DNA of 63,974 bases, filler included, from Vicugna vicugna (GCA_013265495.1; 76 parts of 75 records of this genome joined end to end with filler, not necessarily neighbours in it); one strand, 5' to 3'; counted from the whole stretch's first letter, positions 25,397-37,929 are shown. Notes: generated from the letters alone by a model not told the origin. Translations and numbers: made by a program.

Positions 25397-25917
25397 AACA
25401 CACATGAAGAAGTTTTCTGCTATCCTGAGTGTGGGATGGCACTTTCAGCTGACAGTAGCGGCTGGGTTCTAATAGAAACCCTTAGCTTGTAATCCCTGAG
25501 TGTTTCCCTAGGACTGACTCTGAGAGTAACCTGGGGGTTTGGCTTTGAGGCCAAATAGTAGCGAGTGTCCCCGATGGACGGAGGAAGTATTTAGATGAAT
25601 TCTCCATAAAGGGAAACACCTGAGCACCACTGCGTGGAGTGGGGCTTCAAATCTCCCCACCACACAAGGTTGTGTTCCAGTATCCTGAGGGTGGGGTAGT
25701 TCCTCCAACTGACATCAGCGTCTTGGTTTTAATAGAATCCCTTTGCTTGTCTTCCCTGATGGTTTGCCTAGGCCAGTGTGTGGTTGAAAGTGGGATTTGG
25801 GATCTAAAACTCCGTATTAGCGCTTGCCTCTCCATGGGTAGTGGAGATGTTTAAACTAAAACTCACAACTTCGGAATTACTGTGACCCCTAAAAAATGCG
25901 TGTGCTATGTTTCCCCA
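25397..25917 (-). repeat. SatD
   Basis: tatcctgag at 25421 and 25681 (260-bp period). Confidence 0.9.
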
Positions 25918-26017
25918 NNNNNNNNNNNNNNNNNNNNNNNNNNNNNNNNNNNNNNNNNNNNTTAATTAATTAANNNNNNNNNNNNNNNNNNNNNNNNNNN
26001 NNNNNNNNNNNNNNNNN

Positions 26018-26973
26018 ACACGGTGATCCCACAAAAACACTCCTGGAGCGAAATCTTCCTTACGGATATATAATTTGATAACATTATATCTACATAATAT
26101 TCCGTGTTCCGTACATGCTTCATACATGACGGATTCGACAAAAATGCATTCCTGAGTTTAGGGCATCTGGATTACTAATATTTCATTCTCTATAAATGGA
26201 ATATTTTCATCCAGACACGTGTACAAGTTTTCACAAGCTTTCCATAACACCAAGTTCGAATTCATGCATCTTTCACAGAAAAAATTTCTCGAGCGATTTC
26301 CACCTAACTGATGTGTAATTTACATGAATTCCAAGAGCATGGCATTCCGGGTTCCGTACATGCTACATATGTGACCGATTTGGCAATCATGAATTTCTGA
26401 CTTGTGAGCATGTGGATTACTGACCTTTCATCCTCCGAACAAGGCGTATATATACTTAGAAATATTTACTCTGACTTCATAGGTTTTTCTATCACCAGGT
26501 TCTAAAATNNNNNNNNNNNNNNNNNNNNNNNNNNNNNNNNNNNNNNNNNNNNNNNNNNNNNNNNNNNNNNNNNNNNNNNNNNNNNNNNNNNNNNNNNNNN
26601 NNNNNNNNNNNNNNNNNNNNNNNNNNNNNNNNNNNNNNNNNNNNNNNNNNNNNNNNNNNNNNNNNNNNNNNNNNNNNNNNNNNNNNNNNNNNNNNNNNNN
26701 NNNNNNNNNNNNNNNNNNNNNNNNNNNNNNNNNNNNNNNNNNNNNNNNNNNNNNNNNNNNNNNNNNNNNNNNNNNNNNNNNNNNNNNNNNGAATTCTAAC
26801 CTAGAGATATGTAATTTGAATACATTCCAAGTACATGATATTCCGTTTTCATTAAATGCTACATACATGACTGATTTGACAAACATGCATTCCTGAGTTC
26901 AGAGCATGTGGATTACTAATTTTCATCATCTATAAAGGGAATATTTTCATCTAGACACGTGTACACGTTTTCA
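26018..26973 (-). repeat. SatA
   Basis: gaatattttcatc[c/t]agacacgtgtaca at ~26200 and ~26940. Confidence 0.95.
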
Positions 26974-27073
26974 NNNNNNNNNNNNNNNNNNNNNNNNNNN
27001 NNNNNNNNNNNNNNNNNTTAATTAATTAANNNNNNNNNNNNNNNNNNNNNNNNNNNNNNNNNNNNNNNNNNNN

Positions 27074-27125
27074 GGGTGGGGGGTTCCTGAAATCAACCCC
27101 CCGAGGATACTGAGGGATTACTTTA
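27074..27125. mobile_element. Possible Tigger/MER2-class DNA transposon terminus
   Basis: cctgaaatcaaccccccgaggatactgagggattact resembles recalled Tigger/MER2 ends. Confidence 0.45.
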
Positions 27126-28036
27126 TAAGTAGGAGTGGAATTGCTGAGTCATATAACTCTAAACTTTTGAGGAAATACAAGACTTCTCCAAAGAAGCTGC
27201 ACCATTGTCCCTTTCCACTGGCTACATATGAGGTTTCTCTGCCTCCTGAACGACCCTTGTTATTGTCCATGTTTGATTATAACCATCCTAGTGGGTGTAA
27301 AATGAGATCTCATTTTAATTTTGAATTGGCTAGTGATGCTGAGCATCTTTTCATATGCTTATTGGCCATTTGCATATCTACTTAAATTCGTGGTAAATTT
27401 AAAAATTGGGTCTATTTTCTTCTATTGTTTAGTTGTAAGCATTTGTTATATATCCTGGATACTTCTCTGTATACTCTGTATTTCATGCTTTGCAAAATTT
27501 TTCTTCTATTCTGCACATTGTCCTTTCACTATAGTTTTTTAAACATTAAAACAATTTCTTTAAAGGGGAGGTAATTAGATGTATTGATTTATTTTATTTC
27601 TCTTGCTAAGCACACAGTCTGTCACTTGAGATACCCATTTCCCCTGTCATTTCACTTTGTTGATGATGTCCTTTGTAAGAAAAGGGTTTTAATTTTGATG
27701 AAGCCCAGTTTATCTGCTTTTTCCTTCTTTCACTTGTGCTCGTCATACTGTAACTAGGAAACCAAAGCCTATGGTAAGATCACAAAAATTTATACTCTGT
27801 CTTCTTTTAGAAAGATTATAGGTTTAGTTTTTACGTTTCTGTCTGTGGTCTATTTTGAATTAATTTTTATTTGTTATATAAAATATGGCTGTCCAGATTC
27901 CAGATTGATCCTTTTGCCTGCAGATACCCAGCTGTCCCTGCACCATTTGTTGAATAGACTATTCTTTCAATGGAGTGTTTTTGGCACCATGGTGGAAAAC
28001 TGTCTGTAAATGTAAGTTTTTACCCCCTGGGTTTTT
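27126..28036 (-). mobile_element. Old LINE-1 ORF2 3' fragment, interrupted by a SINE
   Basis: aggagtggaattgctgagtcatat...gagcatcttttcatatgcttattggccatttg...caccatttgttgaatagact. Confidence 0.9.
27531..27644 (-). mobile_element. Internally deleted Vic-1-like SINE with target-site duplication
   Basis: Reverse complement ...gggtatctcaagtgacagactgtgtgcttagca|agagaaataaaataaatc...ctaattacctcccc; flanking repeats tgtcctttcact (27519-27530) and tgtcatttcact (27645-27656). Confidence 0.7.
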
Positions 28037-28733
28037 NNNNNNNNNNNNNNNNNNNNNNNNNNNNNNNNNNNNNNNNNNNNTTAATTAATTAANNNNNNNN
28101 NNNNNNNNNNNNNNNNNNNNNNNNNNNNNNNNNNNNTGCATGGAAATCACACAACCTGGTCCTCTGGGAATGTTAGTTAACTTCATTATGCACTATCGAT
28201 AAAATTGGCAGCACAGACCTGGCCAGGTATCAAAGCTACAGGCACAAGAATTTGACAATGTGTCACTGTCTGGATCATAGTCACAATTTTACACAGTAAA
28301 ACAAGCTACCTGGGACCACCCAGCTGTCAGCCAACCCGACTCCCCACCCCAAGAACCCTCAATTAATCTGATTTGCTTGCAACCCCTGCTTTTTGGAGAA
28401 ANNNNNNNNNNNNNNNNNNNNNNNNNNNNNNNNNNNNNNNNNNNNNNNNNNNNNNNNNNNNNNNNNNNNNNNNNNNNNNNNNNNNNNNNNNNNNNNNNNN
28501 NNNNNNNNNNNNNNNNNNNNNNNNNNNNNNNNNNNNNNNNNNNNNNNNNNGAAGCACTGTCATGTTTAATATGCCATATGACACTTAACAAGGCAGGAAA
28601 ACAGGCTCCTGTGCTTTAAGGAAATTTTTAGCANNNNNNNNNNNNNNNNNNNNNNNNNNNNNNNNNNNNNNNNNNNNTTAATTAATTAANNNNNNNNNNN
28701 NNNNNNNNNNNNNNNNNNNNNNNNNNNNNNNNN

Positions 28734-28915
28734 AAGGAGACATTAGGGGTAGCACAGCCTCAAGATAAGAGAGATCTGTGTCTCTGAATTTCCACATGGA
28801 AAAAAGCTGCATCCTAAACAGGAATTCCTATCGTCCACAGCTACATGAGTGAGAAGTAAATGTACTGTGCTGTCAATGAAACTGGGGGCTTACTTTTAGC
28901 AGCAGCTATGTAACA
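28734..28915 (+). mobile_element. MaLR (MLT1-like) LTR 3' fragment
   Basis: acatgagtgagaagtaaat...ttactttagcagcagc-like ending resembles MLT1 LTR ends. Confidence 0.5.
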
Positions 28916-29512
28916 TATGTACTTTGAGTGGCAGCCACAGTTTTACATGTTTTTGTATTCCTAATCATTTCATATCCAATCACCAAATATTTGCAGAGTG
29001 TTTACCCTTGTGGTGGGTGCTGAGAAATAACTCCTGCAAAGGGTAGAGCAGGCACCTGGGACATCTTGGGGAAGATCTGGGTGGATTTTCCTGAATGGCC
29101 GTGCCAAAGCGGGTGTCTGTTTCTGAGTTGAAGCAAGACATTGACGTTTTAAAAGGTCATGATTATACAGTATCACAAAAACTGTAACATAGTAGTGAAT
29201 GACGGCAAATTGAAATTATAATGGAGCAATCTCACTCCAGCATACAAAGATGCTGTTGTGAGGCCGCTGAGGGTCTGGTTTAGAGACAGGAAGGAAGGGG
29301 CAACGCACAGCCATTAAAGGAATGACACAAGAATTAACACCAAGATGGTGGAGAATTCATCTCCCAATAGACCTTGAGACCCAGGATGGTGGGAGATTTG
29401 ACTCCCAGTCGANNNNNNNNNNNNNNNNNNNNNNNNNNNNNNNNNNNNNNNNNNNNTTAATTAATTAANNNNNNNNNNNNNNNNNNNNNNNNNNNNNNNN
29501 NNNNNNNNNNNN

Positions 29513-30047
29513 AGGAGAACACTCTAGGAAGTCAAGCTAAGGAAATCTGTTAGATCCTTGGTGCTGCTTTTAGTTGGAGGAGCCTCCCCACCCTCAGGAA
29601 ACCAGAACACTTCTTCGAATGTGTGCTGGAGGTGTGGAAACAGAGACCACGCATTTTTCATGGGGCACAGTTATGCCTCGGTTGGAGGATGTAGCTTAAA
29701 CACCTCCACTTCCCATGGATATGCACTCGCTAATACTTCGTTTTAGAGCCCAACCTCCAATTTCCCCCGCACTCCTGGCAGGACAAGCCATCAGGGAAGA
29801 AAATCTAAGGGATTGTATTGAACCCGAGTGCTGCTGTCACATGGAGGAACTTCCCAACACTCAGAACTCCGGAGAAACTCTTGTGTGTTGGGGAGGTGGA
29901 CAGCCCCAACCACGCAGATGAATGGTGAAGTGACACAGGCCCGGTAGGGGAGTTCCCTAAGTACTTCCTCAGTCAATTGTTTGGCACAAGCTGCTTCTTG
30001 GTCTCCAAGCCCAACCCCCAGCTTTCGTTCGCAGCCCGGCCTAGGGA
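29513..30047 (+). repeat. SatD
   Basis: gctaaggaaatctgttagatcc...gttggaggagcctccccaccctcagga; two diverged monomers. Confidence 0.9.
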
Positions 30048-31732
30048 NNNNNNNNNNNNNNNNNNNNNNNNNNNNNNNNNNNNNNNNNNNNTTAATTAAT
30101 TAANNNNNNNNNNNNNNNNNNNNNNNNNNNNNNNNNNNNNNNNNNNNTAAACACCATCATAGGACCTAGTCCCTGTATAGGCAATTGAACACGTATACTA
30201 CTTCAATAAGAATAAATTTTGTTGGGATATACATTTCTGAATCTGTTAATGTGCTTAAGAACGATCATAGCTAGTGATAAACACGAGACTTGGATCCAGT
30301 ACTTCTTAGAGTCTGTTTTGCCATCATGGGAAATTACATTCTACAGAGAAGGCTAATTGGGTCTCTTTGATATTTGGATGTTTTAGCAGATNNNNNNNNN
30401 NNNNNNNNNNNNNNNNNNNNNNNNNNNNNNNNNNNNNNNNNNNNNNNNNNNNNNNNNNNNNNNNNNNNNNNNNNNNNNNNNNNNNNNNNNNNNNNNNNNN
30501 NNNNNNNNNNNNNNNNNNNNNNNNNNNNNNNNNNNNNNNNNNNNNNNNNNNNNNNNNNNNNNNNNNNNNNNNNNNNNNNNNNNNNNNNNNNNNNNNNNNN
30601 NNNNNNNNNNNNNNNNNNNNNNNNNNNNNNNNNNNNNNNNNNNNNNNNNNNNNNNNNNNNNNNNNNNNNATTCTCATACTTGTTTCAGAAGGGTTGGGGA
30701 GCGTGAGCTTAGAAAATGGGAGGAGAAAGGCAGGGAGGCACTTCACACTTTATGCAGGATATGAGAAACAGTAGCTTTTCTTTTCTCTTTTCTTCTAAAG
30801 CAAACTGACACTGAATTGTAACATACTATTACATAGAATTGCTTTTCTGATCAGAGACAAGTGCCTCAGATTTTTCAAGGCAACATGAATGATGAAATGT
30901 GTTTTAGCATTTAACTTTAAATGTAGTTTTATTTTTCAAGTAAAAGGCTATAGCCTGTTGTTTCTTCCAGCAGTGCATGAAGTTCTCATTTATCCAGGTA
31001 CATGATCTATGTGCTTAGTTTCTTTGGGTTTTTTGTTTTTTTAAGTGCTTGTTTCATTGTGGTGTGAATGAATGTTTAAAATTTCTGGATTTTGATCTTT
31101 AGAACATGCTGATTTATCAGAACTTTTAAAAACCTGATTGTTCTTTGGTCCTTGTTTGGTGGGGCACCATATTGATTNNNNNNNNNNNNNNNNNNNNNNN
31201 NNNNNNNNNNNNNNNNNNNNNNNNNNNNNNNNNNNNNNNNNNNNNNNNNNNNNNNNNNNNNNNNNNNNNNNNNNNNNNNNNNNNNNNNNNNNNNNNNNNN
31301 NNNNNNNNNNNNNNNNNNNNNNNNNNNNNNNNNNNNNNNNNNNNNNNNNNNNNNNNNNNNNNNNNNNNNNNNNNNNNNNNNNNNNNNNNNNNNNNNNNNN
31401 NNNNNNNNNNNNNNNNNNNNNNNNNNNNNNNNNNNNNNNNNNNNNNNNNNNNNNNNNNNNNNNNNNNNNNNNNNNNNNNNNNNGCTTAATTATTTCATAA
31501 ACTAGTTTTTGGCATAATCAGAAACAATGACAGAGTGATAATAAAAAATAGGAAAACCTTCCTTCCTTTGAAGAATAGAAGTGAGGAGGTCAGCCTCACG
31601 CATGCTTTGTGCCTGACACACTTACTCTCATGNNNNNNNNNNNNNNNNNNNNNNNNNNNNNNNNNNNNNNNNNNNNTTAATTAATTAANNNNNNNNNNNN
31701 NNNNNNNNNNNNNNNNNNNNNNNNNNNNNNNN

Positions 31733-33002
31733 CACGTGTACACATTTTCAGAAGCTTTCCCTATAACCAGGTTCGAAATTGTGCATTTTTCACAAAAAAA
31801 TATTTCTGGAGTGATTTCCAACTACTAGGTATGTAATTTACATGAATTCCATCAACATGGCATTCCGCGTTCCGTACATGCTACATGCATGACGGATTCG
31901 GCAATCATGCAATTCTGACTTGTGAGCATGTGGATTACTGACCTTTCATCCACCAAACAATGCGTATATAGACTTAGANNNNNNNNNNNNNNNNNNNNNN
32001 NNNNNNNNNNNNNNNNNNNNNNNNNNNNNNNNNNNNNNNNNNNNNNNNNNNNNNNNNNNNNNNNNNNNNNNNNNNNNNNNNNNNNNNNNNNNNNNNNNNN
32101 NNNNNNNNNNNNNNNNNNNNNNNNNNNNNNNNNNNNNNNNNNNNNNNNNNNNNNNNNNNNNNNNNNNNNNNNNNNNNNNNNNNNNNNNNNNNNNNNNNNN
32201 NNNNNNNNNNNNNNNNNNNNNNNNNNNNNNNNNNNNNNNNNNNNNNNNNNNNNNNNNNNNNNNNNNNNNNNNNNNNNNNNNNNNNNNNNNNNNNNNNNNN
32301 NNNNNNNNNNNNNNNNNNNNNNNNNNNNNNNNNNNNNNNNNNNNNNNNNNNNNNNNNNNNNNNNNNNNNNNNNNNNNNNNNNNNNNNNNNNNNNNNNNNN
32401 NNNNNNNNNNNNNNNNNNNNNNNNNNNNNNNNNNNNNNNNNNNNNNNNNNNNNNNNNNNNNNNNNNNNNNNNNNNNNNNNNNNNNNNNNNNNNNNNNNNN
32501 NNNNNNNNNNNNNNNNNNNNNNNNNNNNNNNNNNNNNNNNNNNNNNNNNNNNNNNNNNNNNNNNNNNNNNNNNNNNNNNNNNNNNNNNNNNNNNNNNNNN
32601 NNNNNNNNNNNNNNNNNNNNNNNNNNNNNNNNNNNNNNNNNNNNNNNNNNNNNNNNNNNNNNNNNNNNNNNNNNNNNNNNNNNNNNNNNNNNNNNNNNNN
32701 NNNNNNNNNNNNNNNNNNNNNNNNNNNNNNNNNNNNNNNNNNNNNNNNNNNNNNNNNNNNNNNNNNNNNNNNNNNNNNNNNNNNNNNNNNNNNNNNNNNN
32801 NNNNNNNNNNNNNNNNNNNNNNNNNNNNNNNNNNNNNNNNNNNNNNNNNNNNNNNNNNNNNNNNNNNNNNNNNNNNNNNNNNNNNNNNNNNNNNNNNNNN
32901 NNNNNNNNNNNNNNNNNNNNNNNNNNNNNNNNNNNNNNNNNNNNCTGATGATTTAACCACCAAACAATTTACCTATGCACTCTGTAATATTTACTTTGAC
33001 TT
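31733..33002 (-). repeat. SatA (mostly gap)
   Basis: cacgtgtacacattttc...catggcattccg...gagcatgtggattact. Confidence 0.93.
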
Positions 33003-34403
33003 NNNNNNNNNNNNNNNNNNNNNNNNNNNNNNNNNNNNNNNNNNNNTTAATTAATTAANNNNNNNNNNNNNNNNNNNNNNNNNNNNNNNNNNNNNNNNNN
33101 NNGGCCCTAGTCTCTAGAAGGGAAACAAAGTTACAGTTAAAGAATTAAGTATTGTTTTCCTTGTTTCTAGCTCTAGGAAGTTGTGAATCAAACCAACTTT
33201 GAAAACTGGCGCTAGCCTCTCCTTCTCTTCAAGCAGATTTTCTGACATAAATATTTTAGTCATCTACAGAGAGCAAAATACATTTGCTTAACTTGTCTGC
33301 CAGTAGAATTTTCACTTGACATTATAACAGAACCCCTTCCTTCATTTTATGTGTCTAAGATTCTGTGCTAAAAACATTAGCATAGAACAGACCTTAAAAT
33401 TTTAGTTTTCTAAAAGTGCAGGAATGGAAAGCTCATTTTAAGGAAAAATCCATTCAAGTTAAAAANNNNNNNNNNNNNNNNTTTACAAAGGGCAGTTTTT
33501 CTAAGAACTGCAGAGCAATGCATTCAGTGTGAAACATGACTTGAACTGTTGAAACTCTTCGTGCCAGTAAGATCGGGCGTTGCCCTCTGAGATTATGTGT
33601 ATCAGACAGGGCAGTGTTTACTGTGCTTTTCATCAGGGAAATCTAAGTAGCCTCACAGATATGTGTTCTCTGTTATCTAAAATCAAAGTAAGTAGGAATT
33701 TATTTTATTTTATTCATGTGATTATTTTTCTATTTAAGCAATCCCCACATTAAGTCCGGTCTCTAAAAGTATTATTTAAAGGCCACATTTCATAAGCTAA
33801 CTCNNNNNNNNNNNNNNNNNNNNNNNNNNNNNNNNNNNNNNNNNNNNTTAATTAATTAANNNNNNNNNNNNNNNNNNNNNNNNNNNNNNNNNNNNNNNNN
33901 NNNATTGCTTCTTAAATTCTACCACATGATGAATGTGCCATCTGAGACAACATCATGTGACCATTATGATTCCAGGTATGACATAATTGAGACCAGGATC
34001 CCTGGGCTGGTTCCGGCATTTATCTCCTGTTCCAACTTATCCTAACTTATCACTTTTGATACTTTCCAGGATGAACCAGAAACCAATTAGTACTTTTCCC
34101 TCTCTCCATGTTTTAGTCTTTTCCCAAAATCTTTCATTTTCTCTTCTTCCTTACAAGAAATTATTTAAATTTACTCCCATATTGTTCCATCAAATGATCA
34201 TATGAATCAAATATCTCTTTTTTTCTTTAAATGGTAACTTAATCTCCCATTTAACACTTAAGTCTACTTAAAAAATATAAGGAAAATACAGGTACACATC
34301 TATGTTTATTGTTCAAATAAGAAAATTACAGATATTTGTCGAAATTTGCCAACATCAATTTTAATCTTTGTTATCCTGCATAATCTGGTAGTCCTCTGGT
34401 AGA

Positions 34404-34881
34404 TCAGTTGTAATTAGGATGACGTTCATAAGCTGAAGATGGCTGATGATTTGGCCTTGAAAAAGAAGTAGCTGATGTATTGGCTATCTCTGGCACTGGA
34501 AACCGTGGGTTGATACCTGGTTGAAGTTTAGAAAAACGACCTTCATTGCGAGATATATAAACGACCTTCATTGCCAGATATGTTGTGATATCCATTTGGA
34601 ATGTAGGAGGTTCCTCCATCAGTCCAAAATAATTGCACTGTATGGGAGATAAGGTGCTGTACTGAAAAGTAGAAGTTGTAGTTGTAATGAAGTCCACAAC
34701 ACGGCCATCTGCTTCATTGTAGCTGCTTTGAGAGTGCCCGTGGATAGTGGTCAACTGATTTAAAATAGCACGTTGATCAAAGAGGAGAAAAATCACCTGT
34801 GATCAGGGTATTCGTATCACCATTTATGTGGCTAGAAGAGGGCTTTCTTATTAGAATCATGTTTAAATTTGCAGAAGGTAA
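34404..34881 (-). pseudogene. HSFY: HSFY-like (heat shock transcription factor, Y-linked) terminal exon fragment with frameshifts
   Basis: Minus strand gives LPSANLNMILIRKPSSSHINGDTNTLITGDFSPL* and then, in another frame, DQRAILNQLTTIHGHSQSSYNEADGRVVDFITTTTSTFQYSTLSPIQCNYFGL...QPSSAYERHPNYN*. This is collinear with the human HSFY1 C-terminus as I recall it (DQHAILNQLTTIHMHSHSTY...GYFGL...DKYHPNYN*). Premature TGA at 34779-34777; AATAAA at 34310-34305. Confidence 0.88.
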
Positions 34882-34981
34882 NNNNNNNNNNNNNNNNNNN
34901 NNNNNNNNNNNNNNNNNNNNNNNNNTTAATTAATTAANNNNNNNNNNNNNNNNNNNNNNNNNNNNNNNNNNNNNNNNNNNN

Positions 34982-35766
34982 CCACGAAGCTCTCTACAAC
35001 CACAGGTGTTCCCTGTTAGGGGAAGTATGAGAAATACATTCCCTGACCTTGGGGAGGCAGCCTATGACTTTGGGATATCCTGCAATCACCCCTAGCATTC
35101 CCTGGCACAGAGGAATTAGGAAAACCCTCAGGGGAGACGAGCTTAGGCATTCCGTTTGAACCCACGCACTGAAGACCGTTGGTGGAACCTCCCCACGCTC
35201 AGGATTCCGGAAGCATTGTCAGTGCGTGGGGGAGCTCGATAGACAATTCCACGCAGCTCTCTTCAGTCACAGTGTTCCCTGTCCGGGGAAGTTCGAGATA
35301 TACCTTCCCTGAAATTGGTTAGGCAGCCTCTGTCACTGGGATATCCTGCAAACCCCCCTAGCATTCCCTGGCACAGAGACATTATAAGGGGAGATTAGGC
35401 ATTCCGTTTGAATCAAAGCGCTGACGACCGTTGGTGGAACCTCCCAACGCTCAGGATTCCGGAACCATTGTCAGTGCGTGGCGGAGCTCGAGAGACAACT
35501 CCACGCAGCTCTCTTCAGTCACAGGTTTTCCCTATTCGGGGAAGTCCGAGAAAAACCTTCCCTGACCTTGGGGAGGCAGCCTCTGTCACTGGGATATCCT
35601 GCAAACCCCCCTAGCATTCCCTGGCACAGAGACATTAGGAAAACCATCAGGGGAGCGAGCTTAGGCATTCCGTTAGAACCCATGCGCTGCCGACCGTTTG
35701 TGGAACCTCCCCACTCTCAATATTCCGGAAATATTGTCAGTGCGTGGGGGAGCTAGGGAGACAACT
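34982..35766 (+). repeat. SatB (~3 monomers, one shortened near 35385)
   Basis: Repeated cttaggcattccgtt and ggaacctcccca motifs. Confidence 0.96.
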
Positions 35767-35866
35767 NNNNNNNNNNNNNNNNNNNNNNNNNNNNNNNNNN
35801 NNNNNNNNNNTTAATTAATTAANNNNNNNNNNNNNNNNNNNNNNNNNNNNNNNNNNNNNNNNNNNN

Positions 35867-36409
35867 ATATATATGAATTGAGTGGAATTTGCAACTTAAA
35901 AACTTTGTGTTACATTCAAGCTTGGTGAAGGACGGCTTTCACACACACTTAACTCTAACAACTGAGCATGTGGAGAGACGATCGTTCATCAAGCACAAAA
36001 GGAACGGGTTGCAGGGGAAACCCTTACTCTTGTTTCTCAGTCTGTTTCCTTGTGCCTGTTTGATGTGCCTGCCATTTTCAACGTAAACCCGTGTTGGAGC
36101 TTGTACTTCCCCAATAATATGTATGGAGTGGAATTTGCAACGGAAAGAAACTTTGTGTTCCCTGCAAGCTAGGTGAAGGACGGCTTTCACACACACTTAT
36201 CCCTCAGATCTGAGCATGTGGAGAGACGTTCGTTCATCCAGCACAAAGGGAACGGGTTGCAGGAGTAACACTTACTCTGGTTTCTCAGTCTGTTTCCTTG
36301 TGCCTGTTTGATGTGCCTGCCATTTTCAACGTAAACCCGTGTTGGAGCTTGTACTTCCCCAATAATATGTATGGAGTGGAATTTGCAACGGAAAGAAACT
36401 TTTTGTTCC
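35867..36409 (-). repeat. SatC
   Basis: gtggaatttgcaac at 35882, 36128 and 36376 (246-248 bp apart). Confidence 0.95.
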
Positions 36410-37929
36410 NNNNNNNNNNNNNNNNNNNNNNNNNNNNNNNNNNNNNNNNNNNNTTAATTAATTAANNNNNNNNNNNNNNNNNNNNNNNNNNNNNNNNNNN
36501 NNNNNNNNNTTTGGCCACCATTGGTTGTTTTCGTTGCTTGGAGCTGTGCATGGAACACAAGAGTTGGTTTAAAATATACTCCCTGAATGAATGAACATCA
36601 CTTGCTTTCCTCTCTTCAGCCTAAATCCCCATGCCTCCAGAACATTGAGTTAATGTCCTAGCCCTGTATCACTCTGCCCGTAATGTGCAGCACCCAGCCT
36701 CTGCCCTCGAAGTCCCCTCACCTGGAATATCCACTTNNNNNNNNNNNNNNNNNNNNNNNNNNNNNNNNNNNNNNNNNNNNNNNNNNNNNNNNNNNNNNNN
36801 NNNNNNNNNNNNNNNNNNNNNNNNNNNNNNNNNNNNNNNNNNNNNNNNNNNNNNNNNNNNNNNNNNNNNNNNNNNNNNNNNNNNNNNNNNNNNNNNNNNN
36901 NNNNNNNNNNNNNNNNNNNNNNNNNNNNNNNNNNNNNNNNNNNNNNNNNNNNNNNNNNNNNNNNNNNNNNNNNNNNNNNNNNNNNNNNNNNNTAATTTAT
37001 AAAAACCACATTGGTCTTCATAGCTTTAGCATCCTTCTCTGTGCAAGTTTCTATCTCAGTACCTCATTTCAAAATTCCTTATTTAATGAACAGAGGATGT
37101 GAATCCAAGGTAACTACTGTGGCATAATCTTCGTTGTCCTTTTGTTTTCTGGTTTATTAATATGAATCGACATTTTTAAAAAATATTGTATTACACAGGC
37201 ACAAAATTTGGCCAACCCAAGTTCTGGNNNNNNNNNNNNNNNNNNNNNNNNNNNNNNNNNNNNNNNNNNNNTTAATTAATTAANNNNNNNNNNNNNNNNN
37301 NNNNNNNNNNNNNNNNNNNNNNNNNNNGGACTGGCAGAGCCGAGTCTATGCAAGCAGGGAGCTCAGGCCAAAGCCAAAGACGACCAGTCTCAGTGCCACA
37401 CCTGAGCCCTGGTCACCCCTGCTCCCGGACAGGGGAGTGATTCGTATTTCCACATGAGAAAATGCCGCAAGTCATTTGCAACTTGTTTTTAATTATGCTT
37501 ACCGATTACATAATAAACACTCTGGGATTCACATTTCACATCAAGTGTCTGTCATTTTTTTTTTGAATTCCTCCAGAAGTCTTGTCAAAGACAAATGAAC
37601 CAGAGGACGGTACCTGAGTACCATGGGCAAAATTTTGTGCCCAGAGAGGGAAGCAGATTCCTCCTGGAACGTTGCCTTTACCAGGCCTGTTTCTGTAGTA
37701 TTATGTTCAGCAGGGCACAACGTCCCTCTATCAGCCGGTCCTTTAATTTACTTACTGAATTAGGTACCATGGTGTTGGTCTCTGAGAGCAAAATCACAGA
37801 ACTGAGTTTATTGAAAATTATCTCTGGATNNNNNNNNNNNNNNNNNNNNNNNNNNNNNNNNNNNNNNNNNNNNTTAATTAATTAANNNNNNNNNNNNNNN
37901 NNNNNNNNNNNNNNNNNNNNNNNNNNNNN

